A stretch of DNA of 64,000 nucleotides from Gemmatimonadaceae bacterium (GCA_040902005.1 JBBDYA010000045.1:99933-163932), one strand, 5' to 3'; positions 42,508-51,636 are shown, counted from the stretch's first letter. Numbers and translations: made by a program. The notes: generated by a model from the sequence alone, not told the origin.

Positions 42508-43182
42508 ATGCCGTACGGCTACGTGGGAACGTGTCTCGGAACCGTGGCAGCGTCATCGGGCGCCGTCGCGGAACTCTGGTACGCGCGCGTGGGTGAGCAT
42601 GAAGCCCAGCTCGATCTGTACAGCCGCGACTATCTCTCCGAGGACGAGCAGCGGCGGCAGCGGAGGTATCGGGGACGTGGGGCTGCCGAGCGCTACGTAG
42701 TGACGCGCTCGCTCGTGCGGGGCGTATTGTCGGAGCGGCTCGGCGTGCCACCCCGCGAAGTGCCGGTCAATCGCACGGACACGGGCAAGCCGGTCATCAG
42801 CGGCGGCGTGCACTTCAACGTGAGCCACTCCGGAGACCTGATTCTGCTCGCCCTGAGCGTCGAGCGCGCGATCGGTGTCGACGTGGAGCGGCGACGCGAC
42901 ATCGCCCGCGTGGAGGCGCTGGTCCGGCGGTGGCTGTCGGAGACGGAGCGCACCGCGGTAGTACGGCTCGGCGCGATGGGCGCGTCACCCTCCGACGCCT
43001 TCCTCCGCGTCTGGAGCCTGAAGGAGGCGCGGCTGAAGGCGTTGGGGGTCGGCATCGCCGGACAGTCAGGGGCCGACGAGCTGCTCGCCGGCGTCGAAGT
43101 GAGTCCGCTGGACGACCTGCTGGCGTCGATCGCGACGGACGGTGACGATCAGGGCTATGTGGGCGCTGTAGCGTTCGCGTGA
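42508..43182 (+). CDS. Sfp-type 4'-phosphopantetheinyl transferase (start uncertain, possibly GTG 42544)
   Basis: GKP, FNVSHS, IGVDVE, WSLKEARLKALGVG. Confidence 0.9.
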   Translation: MPYGYVGTCLGTVAASSGAVAELWYARVGEHEAQLDLYSRDYLSEDEQRRQRRYRGRGAAERYVVTRSLVRGVLSERLGVPPREVPVNRTDTGKPVISGGVHFNVSHSGDLILLALSVERAIGVDVERRRDIARVEALVRRWLSETERTAVVRLGAMGASPSDAFLRVWSLKEARLKALGVGIAGQSGADELLAGVEVSPLDDLLASIATDGDDQGYVGAVAFA

Positions 43183-44000
43183 GCGCGGCGGGTGAGGCGC
43201 ATGCCGATCACGGCGACCGCCCCCCCCGCGAGCGCTCCAGCGATCACGTCTACCGCGTAGTGAAAGCCGCCATAGATCGCGCCGGCGGCCAGGGCCGTCG
43301 TGAGTCCCGCCAGCCACCAGCCGCGCGCCCCGAAGTAGCGCACCGCGAGAATGGATTGCGTCACCGCGACCGCCACGTGCGACGAGGGAAAGGCCGTGCC
43401 CTTGGAGGAGCGCGCTTCGAGCAGCCAGAGCGTGAACGCCCGCAGCGGTCCTGGCGCCATCCCGTGCGATTCGGACCACACGTACCGCGGCCCGGCGACG
43501 GGGAGGAGCAGGTAGCAGGCAAAACACGTCACGAATGCGAGCATCAGCACGAACACGGCGTCGTGGAACTCCGCGATGCGACGCCGGAGCCACAGCAGCA
43601 CGGGGACTGAAAAAACGATGGCGTAGTAACTCAGGTAGGCGCCATGCAGCATTTCGCTGACCGGCCTCCAGGGCATCTGGATCGCCCACGCCCGCGCCGG
43701 CTGGCCGCCGAACAGCGCCTGCTCCCATGCCATGACGCGCGCGTCGAAGAACCCGTCGTGCCCTACGGCCCGGATGAGCATGGGCATCTCGGAATACAGC
43801 AGCAGCAGCGCGAGCATCGGCGACCACTGTCGAAGCCACGTGGGAGCCCGTTGCCACCACGTGGCCGCGACGATCGCGGCCAGCAGCGCGAAGTGAACGA
43901 GTATGCCGACGCCAGAGACGCGATCGCGTCCGGCCAGGAGGAGGGTGCCGGTGACGGCGAGATAGCACACCAGGAGCGCGCCAGCCCATATTGCCCGCAT
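43155..44000 (-). CDS. PAP2-superfamily membrane enzyme, AUR1/inositol-phosphorylceramide-synthase-like
   Basis: About 7-8 TM segments; YLSYY, PVAGPRY, AFPSSH, HYAVDVIAG. Confidence 0.8.
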   Translation of the reverse strand: MRAIWAGALLVCYLAVTGTLLLAGRDRVSGVGILVHFALLAAIVAATWWQRAPTWLRQWSPMLALLLLYSEMPMLIRAVGHDGFFDARVMAWEQALFGGQPARAWAIQMPWRPVSEMLHGAYLSYYAIVFSVPVLLWLRRRIAEFHDAVFVLMLAFVTCFACYLLLPVAGPRYVWSESHGMAPGPLRAFTLWLLEARSSKGTAFPSSHVAVAVTQSILAVRYFGARGWWLAGLTTALAAGAIYGGFHYAVDVIAGALAGGAVAVIGMRLTRRAHANATAPT

Positions 44001-45147
44001 GTCGCTTGAGATCGTCCCCGTGGAGCGTGGCCGTGACCGCTCCGCTTTCATAGATGTGGCGTGGCACATACCGGAAGCCACGCGGCATCCCCGGTGGGTG
44101 CCGCCGCTGCGAATGATGGTGCGTGACCTGCTCGACACCAAGGGGAATCCCTTCTACCGAAACGCCGATCGGGCGCTGTTCATCGCGCGCCGCGACGGCC
44201 GCCCGGTGGGGCGCATCGCCGCCATCGAGAACCGCGCCCACAACCGAGCCCACTCCGACCGGACCGGGTTCTTCGGCTTCTTCGAGTGCGTCGATGATGC
44301 TGCGGCCGCGAGCGCCCTGTTCGACGCCGCGGAGCGATGGTTGGCGGCACGGGGGCTGACGGCGATGCGGGGCCCCATGAGTCCGTCGACGAACCACGAG
44401 TGCGGCCTGCTGGTCGAGGGTGTCGACGAGCACCCGATGTTTCTCACACCGTGGAATCCTGCGTATTACGAAAGGCTCATCCTGGGGGCCGGTTTCACCA
44501 CCATCCGTGATTTACTCGGCTACTGGCTACCGTATGGCGAGCCGGGCTTCCAGCTTGCGCCGAGAATCGAAGCAATGGCCTTACGGGCAAAGGCCAGGGC
44601 GAACCTCGCATTTCGCGACATGGAGGCCGCCCGATTCTGGCAGGATGTGGAGCTGGTCTGGGAGATCTACAATTCCGCATGGGAGCGGAACTGGGGGTTT
44701 GTGCCCATGACGCGCGACGAATTCCTGCACATGGCCAGGTCGCTCAAGCCACTTCTGGTACCCCGGTTTGCCTTTCTCGCGGAAGTGGACGGCGTTCCCG
44801 CCGGGTTCATGCTCTCGGCTCCCGATTTCAATCGCGCCATCAGACGCATCGGGAACGGGCGGCTGTTGCCGTTCGGGTTCGTTCGGCTGTTGCGCGAACG
44901 ATCGCGCGCGCGCACGGGACGCGTTATCGCGTTCGGCATCCGGGAACAGTTCCGCAACCAGAGTGTGCTGCCGGTATTCATGCATGAGGCGGCGAGACGC
45001 GCCATCGCCTACGGGTCTCCCGGCTCGGAGGCGTCCTGGATCCTGGAGGACAACGTGGGCATGCGGCAGGGCATCGAGGCGTTCGGCGGTCGCGTGTATC
45101 GTCGCTGGCGGATCTTCGAGCGCCAGATCGCGCCCCGCCCCGCGTGA
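43999..45147 (+). CDS. Tandem-GNAT N-acyltransferase, bacterial ceramide synthase (bCerS)-like
   Basis: WVPPL, NPFY, VGRIAA, GFFGFFE, GP, ECGLLVEG, NPAYY, YNSAWERNWGFVP, SWILEDN; family recognised from memory. Confidence 0.78.
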   Translation: MSLEIVPVERGRDRSAFIDVAWHIPEATRHPRWVPPLRMMVRDLLDTKGNPFYRNADRALFIARRDGRPVGRIAAIENRAHNRAHSDRTGFFGFFECVDDAAAASALFDAAERWLAARGLTAMRGPMSPSTNHECGLLVEGVDEHPMFLTPWNPAYYERLILGAGFTTIRDLLGYWLPYGEPGFQLAPRIEAMALRAKARANLAFRDMEAARFWQDVELVWEIYNSAWERNWGFVPMTRDEFLHMARSLKPLLVPRFAFLAEVDGVPAGFMLSAPDFNRAIRRIGNGRLLPFGFVRLLRERSRARTGRVIAFGIREQFRNQSVLPVFMHEAARRAIAYGSPGSEASWILEDNVGMRQGIEAFGGRVYRRWRIFERQIAPRPA

Positions 45148-45148
45148 C

Positions 45149-46270
45149 GTGAGCGCGCGACGCATCGCGATCGTCAGCGACTGGTTCGCGCCCCGACGCG
45201 GCGGAATCGAAGCGCAGCTGGCGCAGCTCGCGCAGCGCCTGGGCGCGCGCGGACATGCGGTGGACGTGTTCACCTCCACGCCTGGCGCGCGCGAGGGCGA
45301 GGGGTACCGGGTTCGGCCGGCCGATGTCTGGACGCTGCCGGCGCTGCATCTCGCGGCGTCGCCGCGGCTCGTGCAGCGCCTGCGCCGCCAGCTGGACCAG
45401 GGGTACGACGTCGTGCACGCGCACGTGAGCGTGGTGTCGCCACTGGGATACGCTGGGGCGATTGCTGCGCGGTCGCTCGGACTCCCAACGGTCCTGACCT
45501 TTCACTCGGTGCTGCACGCCAAGGCCCACGTGTTGCGGGCCGCGAGCGCCGTGCTCGATCTCCCGGCGAGCGCCATCGTGTGGACGGCTGTCAGCCGGCT
45601 CGTCGCGTTACAGGCGAAAAAGGCGATGGGCGTGCCCGTGCTCGAGTTGCCGAACGGCATCGAGCTGGCCGAGTGGCGCACCCTCCCCGGCGCGAGGACG
45701 CTGGAGACGCCGGTCACGATCGTGTCCGCGATGCGACTTCACCGAAAGAAGAGACCGAGGCAGCTGGTGGCGGCGTTCGCCCGCGCGGCCAAGCATGCGC
45801 GGCGACCGGCTCGTCTGCTCATCGTCGGCGATGGACCGGAACGCTCCGCGCTCGACCACGACATTCGCGCGCTCGGACTGAACGATGGTCCATCCCGCGT
45901 TGAGCTCCACGGCTGGGTGAACCCGAACGGATTGCGGGCCATGTACGGGGGAGCCCACGCGTTCGCGCTGGCGTCCCGGAACGAATCGTTCGGGATCGCG
46001 GCCCTCGAGGCGCGGGCCGCGGGCCTGCCAGTCATCGCGATGCGCCAGTCCGGGAGCAGCGAGTTTCTCGAGGACGGAACGGACGCGCTGCTGTGCGATG
46101 ACGACGCGGACCTGTCACGCGCCCTGACCGAGGTGATTCGGGATGGCGCGCTCCGCGGGTGCCTGGGGCAACGGATTCCCGGCCTCGAGCGGTACGACTG
46201 GAGCGCCGTCCTGAACGGCCACGAGGCCGCCTACCAGCTGGCTACGACGCGCGCAACCGCCGTGGCATGA
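45149..46270 (+). CDS. GT4 family glycosyltransferase (PimA/PIG-A-like N-terminus)
   Basis: VSDWFAPRRGGIE, VVHAH, TFHS, PNGI, GDGP, ESFGIAALEA (EX7E). Confidence 0.88.
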   Translation: MSARRIAIVSDWFAPRRGGIEAQLAQLAQRLGARGHAVDVFTSTPGAREGEGYRVRPADVWTLPALHLAASPRLVQRLRRQLDQGYDVVHAHVSVVSPLGYAGAIAARSLGLPTVLTFHSVLHAKAHVLRAASAVLDLPASAIVWTAVSRLVALQAKKAMGVPVLELPNGIELAEWRTLPGARTLETPVTIVSAMRLHRKKRPRQLVAAFARAAKHARRPARLLIVGDGPERSALDHDIRALGLNDGPSRVELHGWVNPNGLRAMYGGAHAFALASRNESFGIAALEARAAGLPVIAMRQSGSSEFLEDGTDALLCDDDADLSRALTEVIRDGALRGCLGQRIPGLERYDWSAVLNGHEAAYQLATTRATAVA

Positions 46271-47225
46271 GTTGGCGAAGCGTGAGCAGCGCGTAGCCGG
46301 TGCCGATGGAGGGCAGCAGGAAGCAGAGATGCTGGACGACCGCCAGCCCCAGCGCGGTTTCCGCAGGTGTGCCCACGAAGCGGTACACCGCGAACACGGT
46401 CGCCTCGTAGATCCCGAGGTTGGCGGGCGCGATCGGGACCAGCGTCGACAGGGCGAGCGCGGCGACGATCAGGACGGCGGTGGAGAGCGAGGGTTCAACT
46501 CCGAACGCTGCCTGCACGGCCAGCACGGCTGCCACCTCTGCGGCCTTCTTGAGGAGCGTCAGGACGGCGACCTGCCAAAGGCGGCGCGGCTCGCGCAGCG
46601 CATCCAGGTGCTGTCCCCACGCCGCGAGCGCGCCGAGGAGGCGGCGAGTGGTCGTGGGCATCGCGAGCAATCGCTCCCGGATCGCACTCCAATGGTGTGC
46701 GAGCGGAACGAGAAGGGCGAGCGACGCGACCAGCACCAGCAGCAGGAGCACGAAACCCTTGCGCAGCCAGATCGGGATGGGCGCGATGGCGACCGCGAGC
46801 GAAAGCACCGACAGCTTCGCGAATGCCACGAGCAGCTGATCCATCGCAAGCACCGAGAGCGCCGCGCCGCGCGAGAGCCCGGCCCGTGCAATCAGCAGCG
46901 CTACCGCGGACGCCTCCCCCGCGAGAAAAGGCACCGAGTTCAACACGCTCGCGGTCACGGCGACTACCTCGAACATCCGCGCGTACAGTATGCGCGCGGT
47001 TCCTGGCACCAGGATCCGCCATTCGAGCGCCCAGAGTGGCAGGATGGCGAAGTTGACCGCCAGGGCAAGGACGAGCCACATGGGCTTCACTCGTTGCAGC
47101 TCGGCTACGGCGCGATCCAGCGGCAGCGTTCGCAGCACCTGGACGAGTGCGAGTGTCAACGCGAGCCACAGAATCGGGAGCAGCCACGCCGTGACGGTCG
47201 ACCGGCGGACGGCGGCGATCGTCAT
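46242..47225 (-). CDS. Lysylphosphatidylglycerol-synthase TM-domain (MprF/UPF0102-unrelated flippase-like) membrane protein
   Basis: Multi-TM; NSVP..AGE and PIAPANLGIYE motifs typical of LPG-synthase TM proteins; ATGA coupling with the deacetylase. Confidence 0.78.
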   Translation of the reverse strand: MTIAAVRRSTVTAWLLPILWLALTLALVQVLRTLPLDRAVAELQRVKPMWLVLALAVNFAILPLWALEWRILVPGTARILYARMFEVVAVTASVLNSVPFLAGEASAVALLIARAGLSRGAALSVLAMDQLLVAFAKLSVLSLAVAIAPIPIWLRKGFVLLLLVLVASLALLVPLAHHWSAIRERLLAMPTTTRRLLGALAAWGQHLDALREPRRLWQVAVLTLLKKAAEVAAVLAVQAAFGVEPSLSTAVLIVAALALSTLVPIAPANLGIYEATVFAVYRFVGTPAETALGLAVVQHLCFLLPSIGTGYALLTLRQLMPRRLRAS

Positions 47226-47962
47226 GCGGCCGCCAGTTGGGCACCGAGGCGGTCCATGCGAACAAACGTCGCGCCGCGGCGCTGAAAGAGATCGATGACT
47301 TCGCGCACGGCGCGCAGTGCCGGCTCGCCCGTGCGGAATCGACAGTCGAGACGCAGTCGCTCCCGCGTCAGGTCCACGAACTCCCATGGGTGCACGAACA
47401 GCACGACCGGCGAAGCGAGCGACAGCAGCCAGCGGTCGCGCAGCCAGCGCGGAAGGCGCAGCACAGAGGACGTCATCGATGCGGGGATGCGCGTCAGCGG
47501 GGTGCGCGCGGGCGGGCCGTAGTACTCCGCCTTGTACCTGGCCTGTGACGAGTCGACGAGATATCCCTCCTCCACCAGCAGTGGCAGACAGGCGGTCGGC
47601 AAGCGCAGGTTGGGCGCGCGGAAGGACGTCACCGGCGCTCCGAACGCCCTCAACGCCGCCGTTGCCGCGCGCAGGTCCAGTTGTGCGTCCGCGGGAGGCA
47701 TCCGGTCGAAGCGCTGATGCGTGTGTCCATGACATCCCAGCTCGTGCCCGCGAGCGATCACGTCACGGATACGCGCGGGAAAGCGCTCCGCCACCTGACC
47801 GGTGCAGAAACAAGTCGCGACGACGCCCGCCTCATCGATCGCATCCAGCACCCTCGGCAAACCCTCCTCGATCCCGCGATATTGCGTCGCGAGATACGGC
47901 GGACAGTCGGGCTCCACGTCCACGCCGAGCGAAACGGCCAGCTTTCCGGGGAATGTGTTCAT
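47222..47962 (-). CDS. Polysaccharide deacetylase (NodB/CE4 fold)
   Basis: VDVE, ATCF, HELGCHGHTH, FRAP, VDSS, HPWEF. Confidence 0.88.
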   Translation of the reverse strand: MNTFPGKLAVSLGVDVEPDCPPYLATQYRGIEEGLPRVLDAIDEAGVVATCFCTGQVAERFPARIRDVIARGHELGCHGHTHQRFDRMPPADAQLDLRAATAALRAFGAPVTSFRAPNLRLPTACLPLLVEEGYLVDSSQARYKAEYYGPPARTPLTRIPASMTSSVLRLPRWLRDRWLLSLASPVVLFVHPWEFVDLTRERLRLDCRFRTGEPALRAVREVIDLFQRRGATFVRMDRLGAQLAAA

Positions 47963-49587
47963 TGGCGCGTGCACTGAATCAAATTAGGCCGTTGGTGGCC
48001 GGGATGCTGATCGCCTTCGCGGATGAGGCGCGCGCGCAGCCCGCCGCGACGGTGCCTGCGTCGAGCGCGATCTATCACTGGCTGGAATCCGTGACTGCCT
48101 GGTACCCGTCGCGTGATGTTCCCCTTGGCGTGCGACCGCTGTCGCGGACTCAGGTGGTGCGCATCGTGGCGCGGTTGCGCCGGGAGGTAGAGGCCGACAA
48201 CGCGGGGAATCCTGGCCGGCGCGCCTTGGCGCTGCGGCAGCTTGCGGCGATCGATTCCGCGCTGGACGCCGAACCGGATGGCGCAGCCATCACGGGCCGC
48301 CTCTCGCTCGCCATGGAATTCTTCGGATCGAACGCGCGGCTCGACACCATCAAGTCCAACGGACTGGGGAGCATCGACGCCGTGTCGCACCCGTTCGGAG
48401 ACCTGCGGCAGGGCTGGCCGAGTGAGCGTGGCGCCATTGTCAGCGTCGCTCCCACAGCCGCGCTCGGCCTGGGCCATCGGCTGGCGATCGTCGTTCAGCC
48501 GCGCGCATCGGTCTTTTCGCCGCCCGCTTCCAATGCCAGCGCTGAACTCGTGACGCAACGCGCCTATGTGCGGGGCGTCGTGCGGAACGTCGCGCTCAGG
48601 GCCGGTGCCGACGAGGTACTCTGGGGACAATCGTCGCGCGGAGCCCTCTTCATCGCCGGCAACGCCATGCCGCTCATGGCCATCACGGTCGGAACGGACG
48701 CGCCAGTGGTCCTGCCATGGCTGTTTCGCCTGGCGGGCCCGGTCAGCATCACAGGGATGGTCGCCGACCTCGGACGCGCCCAGGATCCGCCGCACACCAA
48801 GCTGGCCGGTTGGCACGTTGCCATGCAGCCCTGGGCGCGATTCGAGCTCGGTGTGTCCGTGCTTGCGCAACAGGGTGGTCGGGGTGGGCCCGAGGCCAGC
48901 CTGGTCGATCGCGTGCTCGATCTGTTCCCACTGATCGACGCGCTCGACCCGCGACGCGGGGATTACCAGTTCTCCAACAAGCTGGCTGGCGGCAATCTCC
49001 GGCTTCGCTTTCCCGAGCTCTCCGGCCTGGACCTCCACTACGAACTGCTCATGGACGATTTCGACCTCCGTCGCTTCGAGAGCACGGTCGTGGATGATTT
49101 CAGTCACCTCGTGGGACTTCGGCTGCCGCTGCTCGTAGGGAGTGGACAGCTCGTGCTCCATGGCGAAGTGCACAACATGGGGCTGCGCCTCTACGAACAT
49201 GCCCAGTTCCGCTCGGGCGTCACGTTCCGTGACCGGCTGATCGGGAGCCCCCTCGGACCCAACGCGAAAGGGGCCTATCTCTCCGTGAGGTGGCAGCCCT
49301 CTCCGCGAACGGAGTGGGAGGTGACGCTCGCGGACGAGTCGCGTGATCCGAGCCTGTATACAGCCACCGCGTCCGGTGCGTTCGACGAGGGATTTGTGTT
49401 CATCCGGCAGACCGACGATCCGCGCCATCGCCGCCGGCGCGTCACGTCCGCGCTGTCCCGCAACGTGCCTGGCGGAGCCGTGCGAATGGCCGGCGGATAC
49501 AACCACGCCTGGCGGAGCGGTGAGCCTCCACGGGGAGCGTGGCTGGGGCAGGTGTCCTTCACGACGCGGGGACCGCCGAGCTTCTGA
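47953..49587 (+). CDS. Capsule assembly Wzi-family outer-membrane protein (start ATG 47953 or 48004)
   Basis: Signal peptide ending ARA-Q; G....WG....GAL...GNA.P motif; beta-strand pattern; C-terminal Phe. Confidence 0.7.
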   Translation: MCSLARALNQIRPLVAGMLIAFADEARAQPAATVPASSAIYHWLESVTAWYPSRDVPLGVRPLSRTQVVRIVARLRREVEADNAGNPGRRALALRQLAAIDSALDAEPDGAAITGRLSLAMEFFGSNARLDTIKSNGLGSIDAVSHPFGDLRQGWPSERGAIVSVAPTAALGLGHRLAIVVQPRASVFSPPASNASAELVTQRAYVRGVVRNVALRAGADEVLWGQSSRGALFIAGNAMPLMAITVGTDAPVVLPWLFRLAGPVSITGMVADLGRAQDPPHTKLAGWHVAMQPWARFELGVSVLAQQGGRGGPEASLVDRVLDLFPLIDALDPRRGDYQFSNKLAGGNLRLRFPELSGLDLHYELLMDDFDLRRFESTVVDDFSHLVGLRLPLLVGSGQLVLHGEVHNMGLRLYEHAQFRSGVTFRDRLIGSPLGPNAKGAYLSVRWQPSPRTEWEVTLADESRDPSLYTATASGAFDEGFVFIRQTDDPRHRRRRVTSALSRNVPGGAVRMAGGYNHAWRSGEPPRGAWLGQVSFTTRGPPSF

Positions 49588-49590
49588 CAA

Positions 49591-49664
49591 TGGTCCCGGT
49601 GGGACTCGAACCCACGACCCGACGATTATGAGTCGCCTGCTCTAACCGGCTGAGCTACGGGACC
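49591..49664 (-). tRNA. tRNA-Ile2 (anticodon CAT, lysidine type); CCA not encoded
   Basis: Reverse complement GGTCCCGTAGCTCAGCCGGTTAGAGCAGGCGACTCATAATCGTCGGGTCGTGGGTTCGAGTCCCACCGGGACCA folds as a cloverleaf; the AGGCGACTCATAATCG arm matches the ileX-type tRNA. Confidence 0.88.
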
Positions 49665-49676
49665 GCGACCTTCAAT

Positions 49677-50720
49677 CTATGCTTTGCGACCGCGCGTCGC
49701 GCCGCGCTTTCCAGACGACGCAGGAACGGCCGGCGTTGCGAAATGGTCGTACGCGTCGAGCACCTCGGCTGGCGAGACGGTCGCTGCCCCCAGCTTTCCG
49801 ACCTCGACCCCCGCCGCGTAGTTGGCGATGACCGCCGCCTCCTCGGCGGTGCCGCCGGCGCCGAGCACCGTCGCCAGGTAGGCGGTGACCGTATCACCGG
49901 CACCGACGACGTCGTAGACCTCCCGAGCCACCGTGGAGACCGATTTCAACCCGCCCCCGCGTGAGGCGAGCACCATTCCGCGTTCCCCGAGCGTCAGGAG
50001 CAGGTGCGCCACGCCGAGACGCTCCATCGCGGCGGGAATCGCTTCGGGGTGCTCGAGATCGACGGCCGCACCGAGCGCCGATTCCAGTTCCCGGCGGTTC
50101 GGCTTGAACACCGTGGCGCCCCGGTAGGTGAAGAAATGGCGGTACTTCGGGTCGACGATGACGGGAATCTTCCGGGCGCGCGCCACCTCGATGGCGTTCG
50201 TGATCACTGAGGGAACGAGCACACCCTTGTTGTAATCCTCGAGAATCAGGGCTTGCGCGTCGGTCAGTGCACTGGCGATCGCCTCGCTGATTCGTGCGGC
50301 GTCCGAGGCCCCGAGATCGGCATCCTCTTCATCGTCGATGCGCACGAGCTGCTGGGACCGCGCCAGCACGCGTGTCTTCCGGGTCGTTGGCCGCGGGACA
50401 GTGAGAAGCCCCTCCGCGGACACGCCGCTCGCCAGCAGCATCTCCCGGATCTGCTGCCCGGAGGCATCGCTTCCGACCGCGCAGACCATCCGGCATCGGG
50501 CGCCAGCGGCGACAACGTTCTGCGCGACGTTCGCGGCGCCGCCCAGCGCGAAGCGTCGCTCCCGTACCCGCACGACTGGCACCGGGGCCTCGGGCGAAAT
50601 GCGCTCGACATCGCCCACGAGATATTCGTCGAGCATGGCGTCGCCCACCGCCACGACGCAAACATCCAGGGCCAGGCCCAACAGCTCCTCCAGGCGAGCT
50701 CGACTGATAGATAAGGGCAT
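49677..50720 (-). CDS. D-glycero-beta-D-manno-heptose-7-phosphate kinase (RfaE domain I / HldA, PfkB family)
   Basis: GDAMLDEY, RISPEAPVPV, GGAANVA, DYNKG, KPNRRE, DVVGAGDTV. Confidence 0.9.
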   Translation of the reverse strand: MPLSISRARLEELLGLALDVCVVAVGDAMLDEYLVGDVERISPEAPVPVVRVRERRFALGGAANVAQNVVAAGARCRMVCAVGSDASGQQIREMLLASGVSAEGLLTVPRPTTRKTRVLARSQQLVRIDDEEDADLGASDAARISEAIASALTDAQALILEDYNKGVLVPSVITNAIEVARARKIPVIVDPKYRHFFTYRGATVFKPNRRELESALGAAVDLEHPEAIPAAMERLGVAHLLLTLGERGMVLASRGGGLKSVSTVAREVYDVVGAGDTVTAYLATVLGAGGTAEEAAVIANYAAGVEVGKLGAATVSPAEVLDAYDHFATPAVPASSGKRGATRGRKA

Positions 50721-50820
50721 GGGGCAAGATAAGCCCCCGGCACACGCCTTGCCTCCACCGGACTCGGCAAGGTGCGCACGCAAATGCGCGTATCTCGTCA
50801 CGTCACCTCGCTCAACTCCC

Positions 50821-51636
50821 TTGTCAGAACTGATTCTCCGCCTGAACGCGCGGGCCAAAAGCGCCGTGCAGACGCTTCAGGAATATTTCGAACTGGCCTG
50901 GAATGCGGTCCGATTCATCTTTGCGCGCCCGTTCTACGCACAGGACGTGGTTCAGCAGATGGACGAGATCGGTGTGAAATCCCTGGGCATCGTCCTCCTG
51001 ACCGGGCTGTTCACGGGGATGGTGCTGGCTCTCCAATCCAGCATTCAGCTGCAGACGTTCGGCGCCACGATGTACATCGGCCGGCTTGTGGCTGGATCGA
51101 TGATCCGGGAACTGGGGCCAGTACTCGCTGGACTGATGGTCGCCGGCCGCGTGGGGTCCGGGATCGCGGCGCAGTTGGGGTCGATGAAGGTGACGGAGCA
51201 GATCGATGCCCTCAACACGCTGGGGACCGACCCGATCAAGAAGCTGGTGACGCCCCGCCTGATCGCGGCGCTCATCATGCTCCCCGTGCTCACGATCATC
51301 AACGACATGGTCGGGATATTCGGTGGCAATCTCATTGCGACGCTGATGCTCGGGCTGCCGACATCGCTGTACTGGCGCACCGTATGGGAACAGATCATCT
51401 CTGGCGGATTCGTCTTCGGCTTCATCCCGAACGATTTCGTGCAGGGGCTGCTGAAGCCCCTCATGTTCGGGGCGATCATTGCCATCACCGCGTGCTTTTT
51501 CGGTTTGCGCACGACCGGGGGCACCGAGGGCGTTGGCCAGTCCACGACCAAGGCGGTCGTGACGTCGAGCATTCTGATTCTGGTGAGCGACTACTTCCTC
51601 ACGCAGATCCTCCTCTCCGTTCTGCACGCGCCATGA
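50821..51636 (+). CDS. mlaE: MlaE-family ABC lipid transporter permease (start uncertain)
   Basis: RELGPVLAGLMVAGRVGSGIAAQLGSMKVTEQIDAL, GGTEGVG..TT.AVV. Confidence 0.9.
   Translation: MSELILRLNARAKSAVQTLQEYFELAWNAVRFIFARPFYAQDVVQQMDEIGVKSLGIVLLTGLFTGMVLALQSSIQLQTFGATMYIGRLVAGSMIRELGPVLAGLMVAGRVGSGIAAQLGSMKVTEQIDALNTLGTDPIKKLVTPRLIAALIMLPVLTIINDMVGIFGGNLIATLMLGLPTSLYWRTVWEQIISGGFVFGFIPNDFVQGLLKPLMFGAIIAITACFFGLRTTGGTEGVGQSTTKAVVTSSILILVSDYFLTQILLSVLHAP

Noticed and set aside
39178..43182. NRPS/PKS secondary-metabolite cluster
   Set aside because: No KS, AT, condensation or TE domains; the neighbours are membrane-lipid enzymes.
38157..49664. Lipid cluster as a tRNA-integrated genomic island
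   Set aside because: The tRNA-Ile2 3' end faces the cluster, but I saw no integrase, no duplicated tRNA 3' end at the hflX side and no obvious compositional shift; the first gene is ATGA-coupled to hflX.
49591..49664. tRNA-Met call for the CAT anticodon
   Set aside because: It has a paired G1-C72 and lacks the three consecutive G-C anticodon-stem pairs of initiator tRNA; the arm sequence matches the Ile2 type. Elongator Met is less likely but not excluded.
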